Assembly (NCBI GenBank): GCA_009103225.1
Contig: RHPI01000777.1
Coordinates: 124,001-188,000 of the forward strand
Source: Chlorokybus atmophyticus
Lineage: Eukaryota > Plantae > Mesostigma and Chlorokybus algae
DNA: 64,000 nucleotides
Reading direction: 5' to 3'
Under the pieces are notes generated by a model, which ran no database searches, was not told the DNA's origin, and saw only the letters and a list, made by a program, of their open reading frames with translations. Positions 24,715 through 38,502 of this stretch are shown here, one piece after another. The stretch's first letter is position 1. Every line of letters starts with the position of its first letter. Made by a program: the position numbers and the translations under genes.

Positions 24715-25062
24715 GCCGCCGCCAGGGGCAATGCCGGAGCAAAAGCTCCCCTGGCTATGGCGGCCGCTGCGTTAGCAGTGCCGCCATACAGCAAATATCG
24801 ACACGAGACTCATGTCTCGTGTCGATATCAGTGTTATAGAGTAACACTACATTAGGGCCGTAACAGTAGGTTAACGGCCCTAATGTATAGATGTGGTGGA
24901 CGATGGACAGCCACAGACATGTATTAGGGCCGTAACACTAGGTTAACGGCCCTAATACGGCTTAATTGGCTGTATAAACCCGTTGGGACCGTCCCAACGG
25001 GTGACCCTTGTTTATTCCTAAATGAGAACAAGGAACCTCTATAGAGGTAGCACTCCGTTACA
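24712..25062 (-). repeat. 5' LTR remnant fused directly to the middle of RT, containing four perfect hairpins
   Basis: Matches the 3' LTR from 21819 onward. The LTR end, PBS, gag, protease and RT N-terminus are absent. Stems are at 24795-24828, 24848-24887, 24921-24958 and 24978-25002. Confidence 0.88.
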
Positions 25063-26227
25063 ACCTTCAACATGTATAGTTGAACCCCTGCATGTCATTA
25101 AAATGCACAATTCGTTGTGGAAAATTTTCCACCACATCTCTTTGACTGACTTAAATTATAAAGACGGATGTAACATATGTGATTGATGATATATGATGTG
25201 AAGTGCATGTGCCGTTGTGCTTAGGTGGTGCCAACGACTATATCTGGGCAAGGCTTTAAACCACCGGTAAGCTAAGTTGGGTTCACGTAATGTCAATACA
25301 TAGCTGTTGAGGATTAATGTTGGTGCACGGGTCGTTAGGCAACAAGGGCAATAATGAAGAGTAAAAACGCCGACGTGACCTGATAACGCTAGCATGATAT
25401 GTCAGACATTATGATTATATACATATGTATATTGCATTGAATGTAACCATTTTAATCAAGCCTCCATTTGTACAGATTATGTTATGCTTCATTAGTATCG
25501 CAATCTTTTGTGCTCATTATTGTATGCACGCATGTACAAAGTGAATTGATTATTGCCTACATCTTACAGAAGCTGCTAGCTACAATGTACGCAATTGCAA
25601 TCAATGTATGTAAGGTTAAATGCGTGCGATAGCATGCAACTGAGCTATTACACTTTTTCGCATACACACGCAGCATGCACACAAGATCTTATAAACGCTC
25701 AGCAAACATGTTACACGCTACACAACTTTGACCTGTGCATGCGAGTATAGTTAACAATTTGTACCGGTTGTGCTGTTACTGTCTTGAACCCTTTGAAAGG
25801 CCCTATGTTGCGTGCATTAAGTTAGGGCTGGGTGGTACCTGCACTGCATTTGGACAAACGAACATGCACGCATAAAGGTCAGAAATCTAACTGATTTTCC
25901 CCCAGCTGAATTCTAGTAGAGCACACAGCGCGCGCACTTTGTGAAAGCGGGATATCAGCAGGGTGCGGCTGAAATCAGTATAAAAAATAATGGATATCGC
26001 GCTGGTCCCAAAATCTATAAGATGCTGCTTGGCGCATGCGCACTGCTTCCGTGCATGCGAGCGTCCAGCGGAGGGCGCAAGAAGCTCGCTGCATGCGGCG
26101 GCGGCGGCGTCGGGGGTTTGATTTAATAGCTGAGTGGCCTTAGTCTAGTGTTCTGGTTTGTTAAGGCTGTAGTGGGTTTGAGCTTGCAGCGTTGCCTGGA
26201 GCAGGCGTTTTTGGGAAGCAGGGAACG

Positions 26228-29200
26228 ACCGTCACGAAGCCCCCAGCATGGTAAGCAGTGCTGTCGTTGCCCAAGCTGCCGTCAAAGCACTTCAGATTGC
26301 GTGTGTGACCGAAAAAAGCTAGCGTTGCGCTTTACCGAAGCAGCTGCTCACGTAGTGCTCACAATGCTAGCATGCAAGCTGGAATCTAACGTCAATGCAC
26401 TGCAGACGACGCAAGCACAAGCTGTCAAAGAAAGCGCAGAACTGACTTCTGCTGAGTCACTACAGCTGGTAAGTATGGGGTTGTTCACTGCGAATGACCT
26501 GCAAGCGCTATTGATGGTACGTCAGTCAGGCGTTTGACAGCCTTGACCATGCTTCCATTCTGGCTGCAGACTCGCAATCTCCTGCGCATTGCGCTTTTCA
26601 ACATCACGTACATACGAGGCCTGTTTCCTGACGAGTACTTTGAAGGTAAGCTAAGAAGTGACCGCAGCTATGAACATGTGCGTTCTTGCTTGGTGGTGCT
26701 GACTACAGCGGCTGACGGTTGCCATGCTGCCTGCTTGTACTTGCAGACAAGGATGTCAAGTCACTTGGTAAGTTACTCATGCAATGGTCCTTGTTGAGCC
26801 AGCCTAGCTGACTAGAAGCTCACAGTCAGTAAATGTCCGCTGCAATAAGGTTCAGCCGAGTCACAGATGTTACCAGCTGAGCAGCTTGTCAGTCACTGAA
26901 CAGACACTGGCAGACTTGCAGGCACTGGTCGTCAGGTGATCACAAGGTGTCGTTGCCAACAGACATGTATGCTTTCATGAATCCACTGTTTTCTCACTTC
27001 AGGGATCAAAGTGAAGAAGTTGAAGCCACAGGACGAGGAGTCCACGCGCTTGATTGACTGGATGGAACAAGGTCTGAGCGCGCTTTTGACATGAACGCTC
27101 TCTGTGCACATTGCCAATGAACAAACATGCAAGGTGACCCCAGAGAGCTTAGCGCCATTCTTGACATGCAGGTGTCTATGACGCAATGAAACAGCACTAC
27201 TTGCGGCAGCTGGTGTTTGCGATATCTGACTTTCAAGCCAACGATGAAGAGCTGATACTTGAAGAGTACTCGTGTGAGTGCTGCAATCGTGTTTGTTTGG
27301 CCAAGCATGCCATCCAATGCTACTGGAGCCATGCAGGTCCTATAATTTGATCATGCCTAAGAACCTTCTCCTGGCAGTCGGGTTCAGCTATGCCGGAGAG
27401 AAGGTTGTCATGGACATTGGCCAGGCGCAGAATAAGGCCGCTTCGTTTCTTAACAACCTGAACACTCCTGATCTTGTCAAGTAAGTTCGCTTACAGAACC
27501 ACCTTGTTGCACAAGCACGGGTTCACCACGTGCAGGATGCATGGCATTGCACACGCATGTGTGCAAAAGTGGGGCATGATTGCGCCTTTTGAACACGGGT
27601 ACTCCTTTCTTGCTTACAGAAAGGCCGCCTGCAAGATGATTCGGACCCTGGTTCAGCTCATGCGCACGCTGGAGGAGATTCCTGCAGATGTAAGCAGCAA
27701 GCCATGAGCTGGCATGCCGCATGTCTTATCATGGCATTGGTATCATGATGGACAGCGACAACTGTCATACTTGCCTGCGCACTTGAACGTCTATTCGCAC
27801 TAAGTTACAGGCTGTCTTGTTAACATTGTAACTACGGGGGTGGTTGCAGCGTTACCTGGTCATGCGCATGTTCTACTACGATGATGTCACGGTAAGACCT
27901 GCCATGTGAACACCACTGCAATGCGTTTCTGTCCTCTTGACACCAAGGCTTTTCTGCGCTCGTGCAGCCTGCAGACTATGAGCCACCTTTCTTCAAGGCC
28001 GCTTCAGATGAAGACCGCAACGCCAAGTTTGCGAAACCACCACTTTCCATGAAGGTCGGGAAGGTTGACAGTGGCCACTTCGCCATCGCGCTCAAGGTGC
28101 GAGTCATAGGAGTATCAGCATAGCCTGCAGGAACGGTCTCCACGCCTCCTTGGGTGGACGCACACGCATGCACCAGGCCTTTGTAACATACTACGAGGAC
28201 ATGTCGGGTGTAAGCAATGCCACCATACGCATTGTTGCTGATTAGTCCTTTTGCCAGGTGCAAAGCGTTCTGGACCCATGTGAGGATGAACCGAACACGG
28301 CGGTCGACCCAATGGACATTGCGGGTGTGACAGACCAGAGTAATGACAACGCTTCCTCCGACTCCGACGCCACAACTCAAGGTGGCAGCACGTCTCCCCA
28401 GGCGGTGACCGCTGCCGCCACATCACAAGGACAAGCTACCTCTGAGGCTGCTGCTGACATCAACGCTGAGGTACTCTCTGTTGCAAAGACTCCATGACAA
28501 TATTGACTGTTTCTGTGTACCACAACGTCATTCTGTGTGCCACAATGTCGATAGAATCCTCGTGATGGTAGGCCCACGAACCCGAGAAGGATGATGTCAT
28601 AACTCCAAACGTGTCCGTGCGCCGAGCCCTGTTCACAGAGAAACACTCTGAGGCCCTTGTGAAGTATGCTGCCAACCCAGAAGATCACCAGTATCTGCTT
28701 GTGAGTTGCTACACTTTTGCAAGGTTATGTGGTTGCAGATGAAGACAACGCAACATCACATCGCATGTATTGTCTGCAGGCTTTGCAATATACAATCAAC
28801 TGCGAGAGCATCACCAGGGCAGAGCTTCAAAGCAAGCTGGGTCCGGGAGCTGATGTGCGTGCCATCCTGAAGCGCATGGAGACGGACGGTTTCGTGAGTG
28901 ACGGGCGCACCGGTGGCAGAAAAGGTTGGTTGTCACTGTTGAGAGCCTCTCGATGCACTGCATGGACTCAGATGTGACAAATTATCACGTGTTGCTCGCA
29001 GGTCGAGCAGTCATCCGTGACGAGCACACACAGCAGAGGTTGCATCAGGTGAGCAGCTCGAGTAGTTGTACTGGCTTTCTGTTGTGTGTCAAGCTGTAGG
29101 AGAGCTGGTCTTAAGGTTCGTGCCTGCAGCAAGCTGTCACATTCCTTGCGCAGCTTGCAAGCAGCCTACGCCCACCATCTGTCATGCCAACAGTGCCTGG

Positions 29201-30182
29201 TGGCATCAAAGCATGACGAGATGTGTACGCTGACCATGCAGGTGGTGGAGTCGTTGGCGCGTTGCTCCATCAAGCAGACAGTAGCAACACGGGAGGACCA
29301 GCAGATGGCGTCCAATGCCGGAGGCGGAAAGCAGCCTATCTCCCCAGTGGTCACACATACAACTGAAGGTGCGCACCCAAAGCATGCAACACACTCCAAG
29401 TACTTGAATGACACAGTGCCGTGGCAGCTGTGCACTTCAACACTGCAGTTACACTTGAGTATATACAAGTTTTGCTAGTGCGACGAGTAAGTCTCATTGC
29501 GCAGAACCGACTCTTCCAATGGCTGAAGAGGAAATCCGCAAACCTGTGGGCTCCACGGATGCGGCCATGCAGTCTGCCGGTGGTTCTCTCGTCACGCGCA
29601 GCGCCCTTGGGCCAGCAGAACAAGATGGCAGCACGAAAAGACTATCAAAGAAGGCTGTGTCGAACCAGTCCGTTGCACAGCGCTCTGAGCCAGTCTCCAA
29701 CAAAGGCGGGGTAAGCAGCAGGCGCAATGGCAACTACATCAAACAAACTGCATGACCGAGCGCAAAGTATAGACCAGGAGTCAACACCTGGGTTTGGTGC
29801 AGGGGAAGCCACCTAGAGCGCCTGCGAAGAGTGCAAAGTCGGATGGCACTTGGGCTGCAAAGCGTCCTTCCAGCCAGGTGTTTGACAGCCAGGACAGCCT
29901 GGTGAATCACCTCACGGGGCCGCGTAAGCTCAGCATTGTAAGCAAATCCCGCACAGACTCTTCACTGCTGTCATCTATTTCCAAGACGTTGACACATCAA
30001 GTTGACAGTTGCACTTGGCATGGCTGGCATGTCACGCATTTGTCTGCATGTACACCGATAAACTTTTGCCATCACTTAGGCAGTGGCAGATAGTACCGTG
30101 TTGGCTGACATTTGTGTGCTCCATCCAGGTTATAGATCCCATCCACCAAACGAAGCGCAGCCGCAATTGCGGGCTTGATTAA
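26228..30182 (+). CDS. ASY1: Meiotic chromosome-axis HORMA-domain protein (ASY1/HOP1/PAIR2 homolog); about 17 exons
   Basis: Spliced translation: [71 protein letters not shown]...EEYSFGFSY...[21 protein letters not shown]...[19 protein letters not shown]...[23 protein letters not shown] winged-helix/SWIRM-like exon follows (about 28780-28924), and the C-terminus is RKLSI|[17 protein letters not shown]. An ATG-only first exon (26228-26230) and a 21-nt micro-exon (26747-26767) are inferred. Confidence 0.92.
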
Positions 30183-30819
30183 GGTGGCCAAGCTCTGATC
30201 TGCCTTGCCTGGCGTGTTGTGCAATACAATGGTCGCATGCACGGGCAATCTGTGGAAGCAGTGCAGCTTGGTCTGCAGTGCTGCATTCTTTTTCATGCGC
30301 CATATAGAGGCTTAGGTAGCACACTTTCGCAAGCGTAAAGCATCCCAGGTGGCACTGCTGTACACTTGGGGGCTAGAATCTGCACCCCAGTCTGCAGCTT
30401 TTGCTGCTAACTGGGATGTCACAGTATGAAGGTTGTGATGTTCAATGGCGTTGGCAGTGCAACATACAAGTACATAAAGCACTACTGCTGGTCACAAGCC
30501 CTGCCAGTACCAGTCTTCGCAAGTGCTTATGCATGGGCGATTCACCCAGTCCTGCAATTGTTCTGTGATGCGCCTACTCAGCTGTCATGTGAAACTCGAC
30601 AAGATGGCGCTTAAAGCAATGCTGAAACACGCTGATGCACAACGAGCATCACAGCTGTCACAAGTACGAATGCTCAGCACACCAGGCAGAATGCACTATG
30701 TGGGCATAATCATGAGCACGAGCCATGCTGAGGAAGCCAGCGCAAGCACAGAGAGACAGGAGACAGCAGCAGCGAAGAGCAAACGAATTACACAGTTATG
30801 AGGCAGGAGTTTTCTACAA

Positions 30820-32365
<1,546 letters not shown>

Positions 32366-32488
32366 CGCGGATCCTGCTGCTCACCGTTCCCGCTCCTTCC
32401 CCACGCCGCGCTCACCTCGCTGCGGCGGTCGCCCACCCCACGGCGGCGGCGGCGGTGGCGGCCAAAGAGAACAACAACGCCGCCGCAC

Positions 32489-32504
32489 AAACCCTAAACC
32501 CTAA
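32489..32504. promoter_or_regulatory. Double telo-box upstream of RPL7A, in the RPL7A/COV1 divergent promoter
   Basis: AAACCCTAAACCCTAA lies 124-139 bp upstream of the RPL7A ATG. Telo-boxes are established elements of plant ribosomal-protein promoters. Confidence 0.8.
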
Positions 32505-32905
32505 CGCTGACTCACCGAAGCCGTCCGATCCAAGCTCCAAAACCCACGGACACGAACAAGTGTTTTTACTACCGGAAGCTTAGTGCTTGCTAACTTCCCC
32601 ACAACCATGCAAGTAACAAAGCTTCCAATCATGCTCCCCATCAATTAGACTTTGGCGCCAGGTTGAGGCGGCGGCGGCGGTGTCGTCTTAGGGTGGGGTC
32701 TACGGGCGGAGGCGGAGCTGTGATGCTGAGTTAGAGAGGGAGGATTGGCTTTGTGCGATGCAGTGAGCGGTGTTGCCATGTGAGTTGTTGGCATGGCGTG
32801 TGCAAGGTGTGCAAGGGTTGCATGCTCTCTGCGGCCTTGCTGTCGCCTGCTAGGCTAGGATTTGCGGGGTGTGGACAGCTGGAGTGGTAAAGACGTTGTG
32901 CAGCT

Positions 32906-35362
32906 ATGGTAGAACCGCAGGTCGCCTCGTCCCGGCCTACTGTGCGCGTGGATGCCGCGTTGTCCTCGGCCCCCATCGCCGCCGCAGACGCCGACGACGA
33001 GCACGCCTCCCTGGTCTCCACCGACCACGAAGGCCGGGACCGTCCGCCGCGAGGAGCCAACAGAGAAGTGAAAGAGGTATGCCACTCAACATATGTGAAG
33101 TTGCTATTTTGGCCCCGTGTACCACACACCAGGCCAAGCTACTTGGCGAGCTGTCGTTGAGGCATTTGGACATGCCAAATGCCATTTGCCACTGAACTTC
33201 TCAACTTCAATGCCACATTTCCTTGTTACGCCCTGCCCAGCTATGCAATTGGAGTTTGCAGGTGCTCTGGCAGCAGTGTACGTTACTGACTGCAATCAGT
33301 CAGCGTAACCTGTCGCACAGCAATATGCTCTCCTATGTTGCCAGCATGGCACAGCAATCAATTTGGTAGTGTAATCAAAGATGTTTGAGATCAAAGCACA
33401 ATTTACGCATGGAGAGTATTATACTTTGTTCACCAAGGACTCTGTCAGGAGTAGGGTAGACGAGTGATTGCTAGAGGGTTTAGTAGAGGACAAACCGGAC
33501 GCTAGCTCAAACTACCTTAGTTCACAGTTGTCGCTTGGGGCAGGGGGCAGTCATGCGTGAAGCGCAGAGCACAAAGTTGAGGCTTGGGGGGGACGTGGCG
33601 GGCTGCGTGCCGGGTGCCGCACGCCCTCAGAACAGCCACGACTACTTTGCGATCGGGCGCAGCCGCTCGTACCCCCAGCGCGCACAACCGGGGCCGCTGT
33701 CCCCTGGCAAGAGCCGGTCGACTGAGACCAGCCCTTTCTTGCGCTCTCCAGTTGCACACTCGAGGCCTAAAAGGGTACATTTCGTTTTACAATGTCTATA
33801 GAGCAGTGCAAGAAAGCGGCCTCATCTGTGTCTTTATGCACTTTTCACAATGTCTATATGAGAACAGTGCAAGTCAGTGAACACATCTGTGTCTTCGCTA
33901 CAGTTCACTCTAGGAGGGGCAGGGTGTGTAGCAGCAGCGACTGTGTACAGGATATGCTGACAGTAGTTGGAGACATGCATGACCTCACTCACAGCATGCC
34001 AAACAGCAACATGCAAGCACATTACAACACAGTGTGTTGCACATCACTTGTATGTTCTTTTTATCTTATTGGATGCATGAAACCTTGGTTGTTGTAGATG
34101 TGTACACAGTTAACGCAGCTGCTGCTATTATGATAGCCGATACAACAGTTCTTCATCAGCGTGCCAGTCAAGCTGTTAACACCAAGCTTGTCTATCTTTC
34201 AGGCACTGTTATCAATGCTGTCCAGCTGGGCGTCGCGCAAGTTCATGAGTGGCTGGTACGTGTGGCACAATGCACAAATGTCTAAGTAACATGCATGTGA
34301 AAGCCTTCTGCAATGCCTTGTCTTTCCACTCACATCGGCTTGCTTGCGCAGTGCCATCTTGTTTCCACTGGCCGTCACATGCTATGTTTCATGGTGGTTT
34401 TTGACATATTTTGACAGTTTCTTCTCCCCCCTGTTCGAAGCAGTGTTTGGCTTTCACATCTTTGGTATGTCACTTGCAAATCACCTGCAAATCAAAGTGG
34501 CTCTTGCAGTGCTTTGTAGCTTCTGTGGCCTGTCTTGTGTCGTTGTACGAGGCGCAGACACCCCTTTTTTTGCCAATCCTGCAGGTCTGGGCTTCCTCTC
34601 CTCCATGGCTTTCATCTTTTTCTCTGGTGTGTTCGTCTCATCATGGATCGGTGCGTGGGTACTGTCTCTGGGAGAGTGGATTATTCAACGAGTACCGCTG
34701 GTGAAGTGAGCTTGTCGTCATGAGTTGTTGCATGTTTTGGACATTGCCAGCACAAGTTCGACACTTTTGCGTGACTGTCATGGTTGTTGTTTTTGTGCGC
34801 TAGGCATGTGTACTCGGCGTCCAAGCAGATTAGCACAGCCATCTCTCCAGGTATGCATTACTATCTGCCCTTGCACTAGCACAGGCTGACCATGTTGGTG
34901 TGTTGTATCACAGATCAAAATTCGCGAGCTTTCAAGGAGTGCGTGATCATAAAACATCCGCGAAAAGGAGAGTTTGCTTTTGGATTCATCACATCTGAGG
35001 TTTGCTTACAGGTAAGCTAGGCGTTTGGGCCTTGTGTTGTTTATGGTGTCTGGATATTGATGGCAGAAAGTTGTGCACAGCTGGAAGAAGGGGATCTTGA
35101 GCTCTTTTCTGTGTATGTCCCAACCAACCATCTGTATGTGGGAGACGTTGTGCTGATTGCACCCAAAGACGTCATCCGGCCCAGGCTGTCCGTGCGCGAA
35201 GGCATTGGTAAGCTCTTGCATTCATGTCTTGATCCGGTAATGTTGTGCTCTTATGTGGATGCCTATCAACCTTGGTATCCTGTCGCAGAGATTGTGGTGT
35301 CTGGCGGTATGTCCATGCCGTCACTGATAGGTCACATGCCAACCACACCCCGAGGGCCTTGA
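32906..35362 (+). CDS. COV1/LCV-like DUF502 membrane protein; 8 exons
   Basis: Approximate exons: 32906-33078, 34203-34255, 34351-34465, 34585-34705, 34804-34849, 34914-35010, 35081-35208, 35290-35362. Translation includes SWASRKFMSGCAILFPLAVT, IGAWVLSLGEWIIQRVPLVKHVYSASKQIS, KHPRKGEFAFGFITS, SVYVPTNHLYVGDV and EIVVSGGMSMP. Confidence 0.92.
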
Positions 35363-37117
35363 TGGTTAACTGCTGCTGCGGTTAGATGCACGCAGCGTGC
35401 ACACAGAGGCTCTACTGGTAGGTTGCTCACCGCATGCATGGCACAGCTGTTCTGCCTGTGCCATGCTGCAAGCGCTGCGGAATACTGTAGAGCTGGCTTG
35501 GCATGCTCAGTGCCACTTGGTCTATCAAGTGCCACTTCCAGTTGTAGATAGACAGGTAGGGTGTTACTTGATAGCTTTATTTCTTGTTTTATCATATGGC
35601 GTTCGCACACCAAATGCTCGCACAGGGTATCCAGTCACTTACTGTGAACAGGAGCAATGCATCAGCTCACAGGCATCTGCATGCATGCCCTGCCCATCCA
35701 TTGCCATTAAGCTAGCAGTCCAGATTATCCGCTAGGCCCTCAATCCATATGCTGTGCTTCCCGCTTTCCTTGTGCCTTTGATAGCATGTTCTTGGATGCC
35801 ATGCTCAACAGTGCGCACACATGGCTTAATGCTTCAAATGCAGTAGAATTAGTCACACAATCCGGCGCGGCTGAGTGCACCAGGAGGCTAGGCCAGTGGC
35901 AGCAGCGGAAGCAGCAGTACAATATACATACAGCTTATGAGATCGACGCATACAACACTGCATTGCATTCTGTGTACAGGATATGCTGCCAGTAGTTGCA
36001 GACATGTATGAGGGTGAGTGCCTGCTGCGTGATGCTGCTATGCTTGCATGTGGTGCATGACATGATGCATGAGCCAAGACACTGCGCATTGTTTGTACAC
36101 AGGGGACCGACTGCACGGAGAATGGATGAAAGAGTGTGAGCCCAGTGAGCCATTCGCATGTGCACTCACAGCGTTGCATTCTCTGTTCACCCCTGGAGTT
36201 TTGTTTGTCAATGCATTACTGTGCATGTGTGCGCGCGCTGCGACAACCGGGGCATTGGCTGTGCGGGACGATGCAAGCTCCCACTCCACTGAGCAGACGG
36301 TTGGCTATTACCCGTGTCATGCGTTCATGCATTTATTCGCTTACTCAGTCAGTCAGTGAGTCAGTGTTTGTTTGGTTGAGGTAGTTGGTTCGTCTGTCTT
36401 CTTGCTAGCCAAGGAACTGATTGCTTGCATGTAATACACTTGTTGGTGTTGTTGTTCATTCACTCGAGCTTTCATGCGATTGGCGATTATGAAGTACAAG
36501 CAACTGCAGGTTGTGGTTGCGGGCGGGATGGCATTGGCGACAACAGCTGCTGGTTGTCGAGCAAGCTCTGCCTGTGGTGTTGCTGTGTAGTAGGAGGCGT
36601 AGCTGCACAGCGCAGCCTGCTGCTGCTGGAAACGTGGGCATCAGAAGCGTTTTCTAGGGCTTAGCTCGCTTAGGCGATTCTTTCTCCCAAAACCCTCAGT
36701 ACCACCTTGTGGTCATGCTATGGCTGGCTACAGAATGTCGCATACATTATGTATGCCTTCCGTGTCAGTCAATTCCGTGTCAGATGCAGAGACTTGTTTA
36801 CCCTCACTGAACACGTCAGTCAGAACATATATAGCCGCACAAGTTCTTGTGCGGCAGCAATGGACACGCCTTGTATGCAATGCATGCCGTTATCACAGTC
36901 GCTGCACCATTGCAACTCATGTGACGAAGCTTCCGGACTCTCAGCAAGTTTGCTTTTGCACATGCATTCTTGAATCTCCTGGTTGGATCTCCATGACACA
37001 CATGCCTGAGTTGGGAGGCAGCTTGTCAGTCAAACTTGTTTAGAGAGCTAACATGGCAGATAGGCTTGGCATTACAGTCGCAAACAACTGCCCTTGACCC
37101 TTTTGTCCAATGCGCAG

Positions 37118-38502
37118 ATGGCGTGCAATGGTGACTGTACGCCTGACTGGACTACACTGCCGTGTGTGTGGACTGCTTGCATCAGATTCTTCACAAATTG
37201 GTGCGAAAGAGGCTGCAAGGGCGGCTGCAGTATGCCGGTACGCAAATGATTGGTCCTAAAAAACCAATGCTGACAAAGTGTGCGTGCGTGCGTGCGTGCT
37301 GTAGCCGTGGTCAACTGATGACTGTTTGACAATTTGTAGCAATTGGAAGACTGCTGCGCACGATGGCGGTTTTTGGAGGATGTTGTATCATCTGAGGTTT
37401 CCAGCGAGCAGCGGCATGGCACGCTTGCTTTGCAACAGCAGTGCTGATGGACTCAGCTGGCGCAAGCGCTACAGTTCATACACAAATGCGTGGCGGATTG
37501 GCCCTCATCTAGGCGCGTGGCACAGCGCCAACACCAATTGCAACCACGCTGTCTCCTGTCACACGCATTACCGCTGCAACCTGCCAGGCTGGTTGATGTT
37601 ATTGCGCCACAAGTGGTGCTTTGCGGCACAGTCGCTGCCACTATCTACTCTCATAAAGGGGAGGTCTTGGGTTTGTATACGTATCTGCTGCATGTTTGGG
37701 ACTTGAACACTGATCAGTGCAAGAGCTTTCGCTTTCACGAGGCTCAGGAGAGTTACTACCATTACCGCTGCAATGGTGTGGGACAATGGCCTCCTTACCG
37801 TGTACGTGTTTGCAACCGGGCACTCCTGGCATTGGGATGTCTCTCGCCGCACCATCGTCATGCGCGGCATTGTGCCCATTTGTTGTGGCAATGAGGACCG
37901 GAAGGCTTTTCATCCTGTCTACATGGACAGCAGGCGTGCGGTTGTTGTGGGTAACGACCGTCCGTACACCGTGAGGGTTCAATCAGTACCTGACTATTCA
38001 ACCTTGCACGTTCATTCTATGGATGAAGGATTCGAGGTGGACAACGGGGCGGTGACAACGGCGGATGGCGGGTCAGAGACGAAGTTGCTGCTTCACGCAA
38101 TGAAGTGGGGTACTTGAGTATGAGCAGTTTGAGCTATGGTCGGTAACCACCCGCAACGGTGACATTACGACATTGCCAGGTGACCTTTATGCCGTGACCA
38201 TCAGAGCCATGTTGTTGAGAGAGCAAAACTTTGCCCTGTTTTGGAGCGCTCTCGACATGCCTTCGTGTGTCGTGATGATGCACATGTACATAATGGTTTG
38301 CTATGGCAAGACCGGGAGCAGCAAGACGCAGTTTGATGCACCAGAGGCGTGGAGCTTCGTTGCTGTGGCTTCCAGCTGCGACTGGTTGATGGGTCAAGTA
38401 ACGGATTCACGTGATGACGGCGCTTGGATGCTGCTGAATACAATCTCCTTCGAAGAACGTTGGCGATGCAGGAGTAACGGTGCTTACGAGTTGCGTGACT
38501 GA
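37118..38502 (+). pseudogene. Frameshifted F-box protein gene with a degenerate beta-propeller-like C-terminus
   Basis: MACNGDCTPDWTTLP / VDCLHQILHK / GAKEAARAAAVCR|NWKTAAHDGGFWRMLYHLRFP...LSWRKRY reconstructs an F-box only across two frameshifts (about 37165-37205) and one intron. Downstream coding is split among overlapping ORFs 37326-37706, 37490-37894, 37773-38117 and 38173-38502. Confidence 0.7.

Larger units (their letters stand above)
21751..25062 (-). mobile_element. Ty3/gypsy chromodomain-containing LTR retrotransposon (chromovirus-like), degenerate and internally deleted
   Basis: TG...CA termini (21751 TGTAAA; TTACA ending 25062) and an identical 5-bp flank ACCTT at 21746-21750 and 25063-25067. 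A polypurine tract AAGTGGGGGGAAT lies on the minus strand at 22080-22068, adjacent to the 3' LTR. Pol remnants are in RT-RNaseH-integrase-chromodomain order. Confidence 0.95.

Noticed and set aside
29320-29370. Non-canonical GC donor in ASY1
   Set aside because: A canonical GT donor at about 29369 gives the same phase and an open frame. I saw no convincing U12-type introns in the window.
32489-32504. Possible telomerase RNA template (CTAAACCCT)
   Set aside because: Its position just upstream of a ribosomal-protein gene is the textbook telo-box context, and I see no Pol III USE/TATA promoter or TR structural elements.
33638-33673. Resemblance to the 5' end of plant U3 snoRNA (ACGAC-TACTT...GATC...GCTCGTACC)
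   Set aside because: Box A is poorly matched and no downstream C', B, C or D boxes are present.
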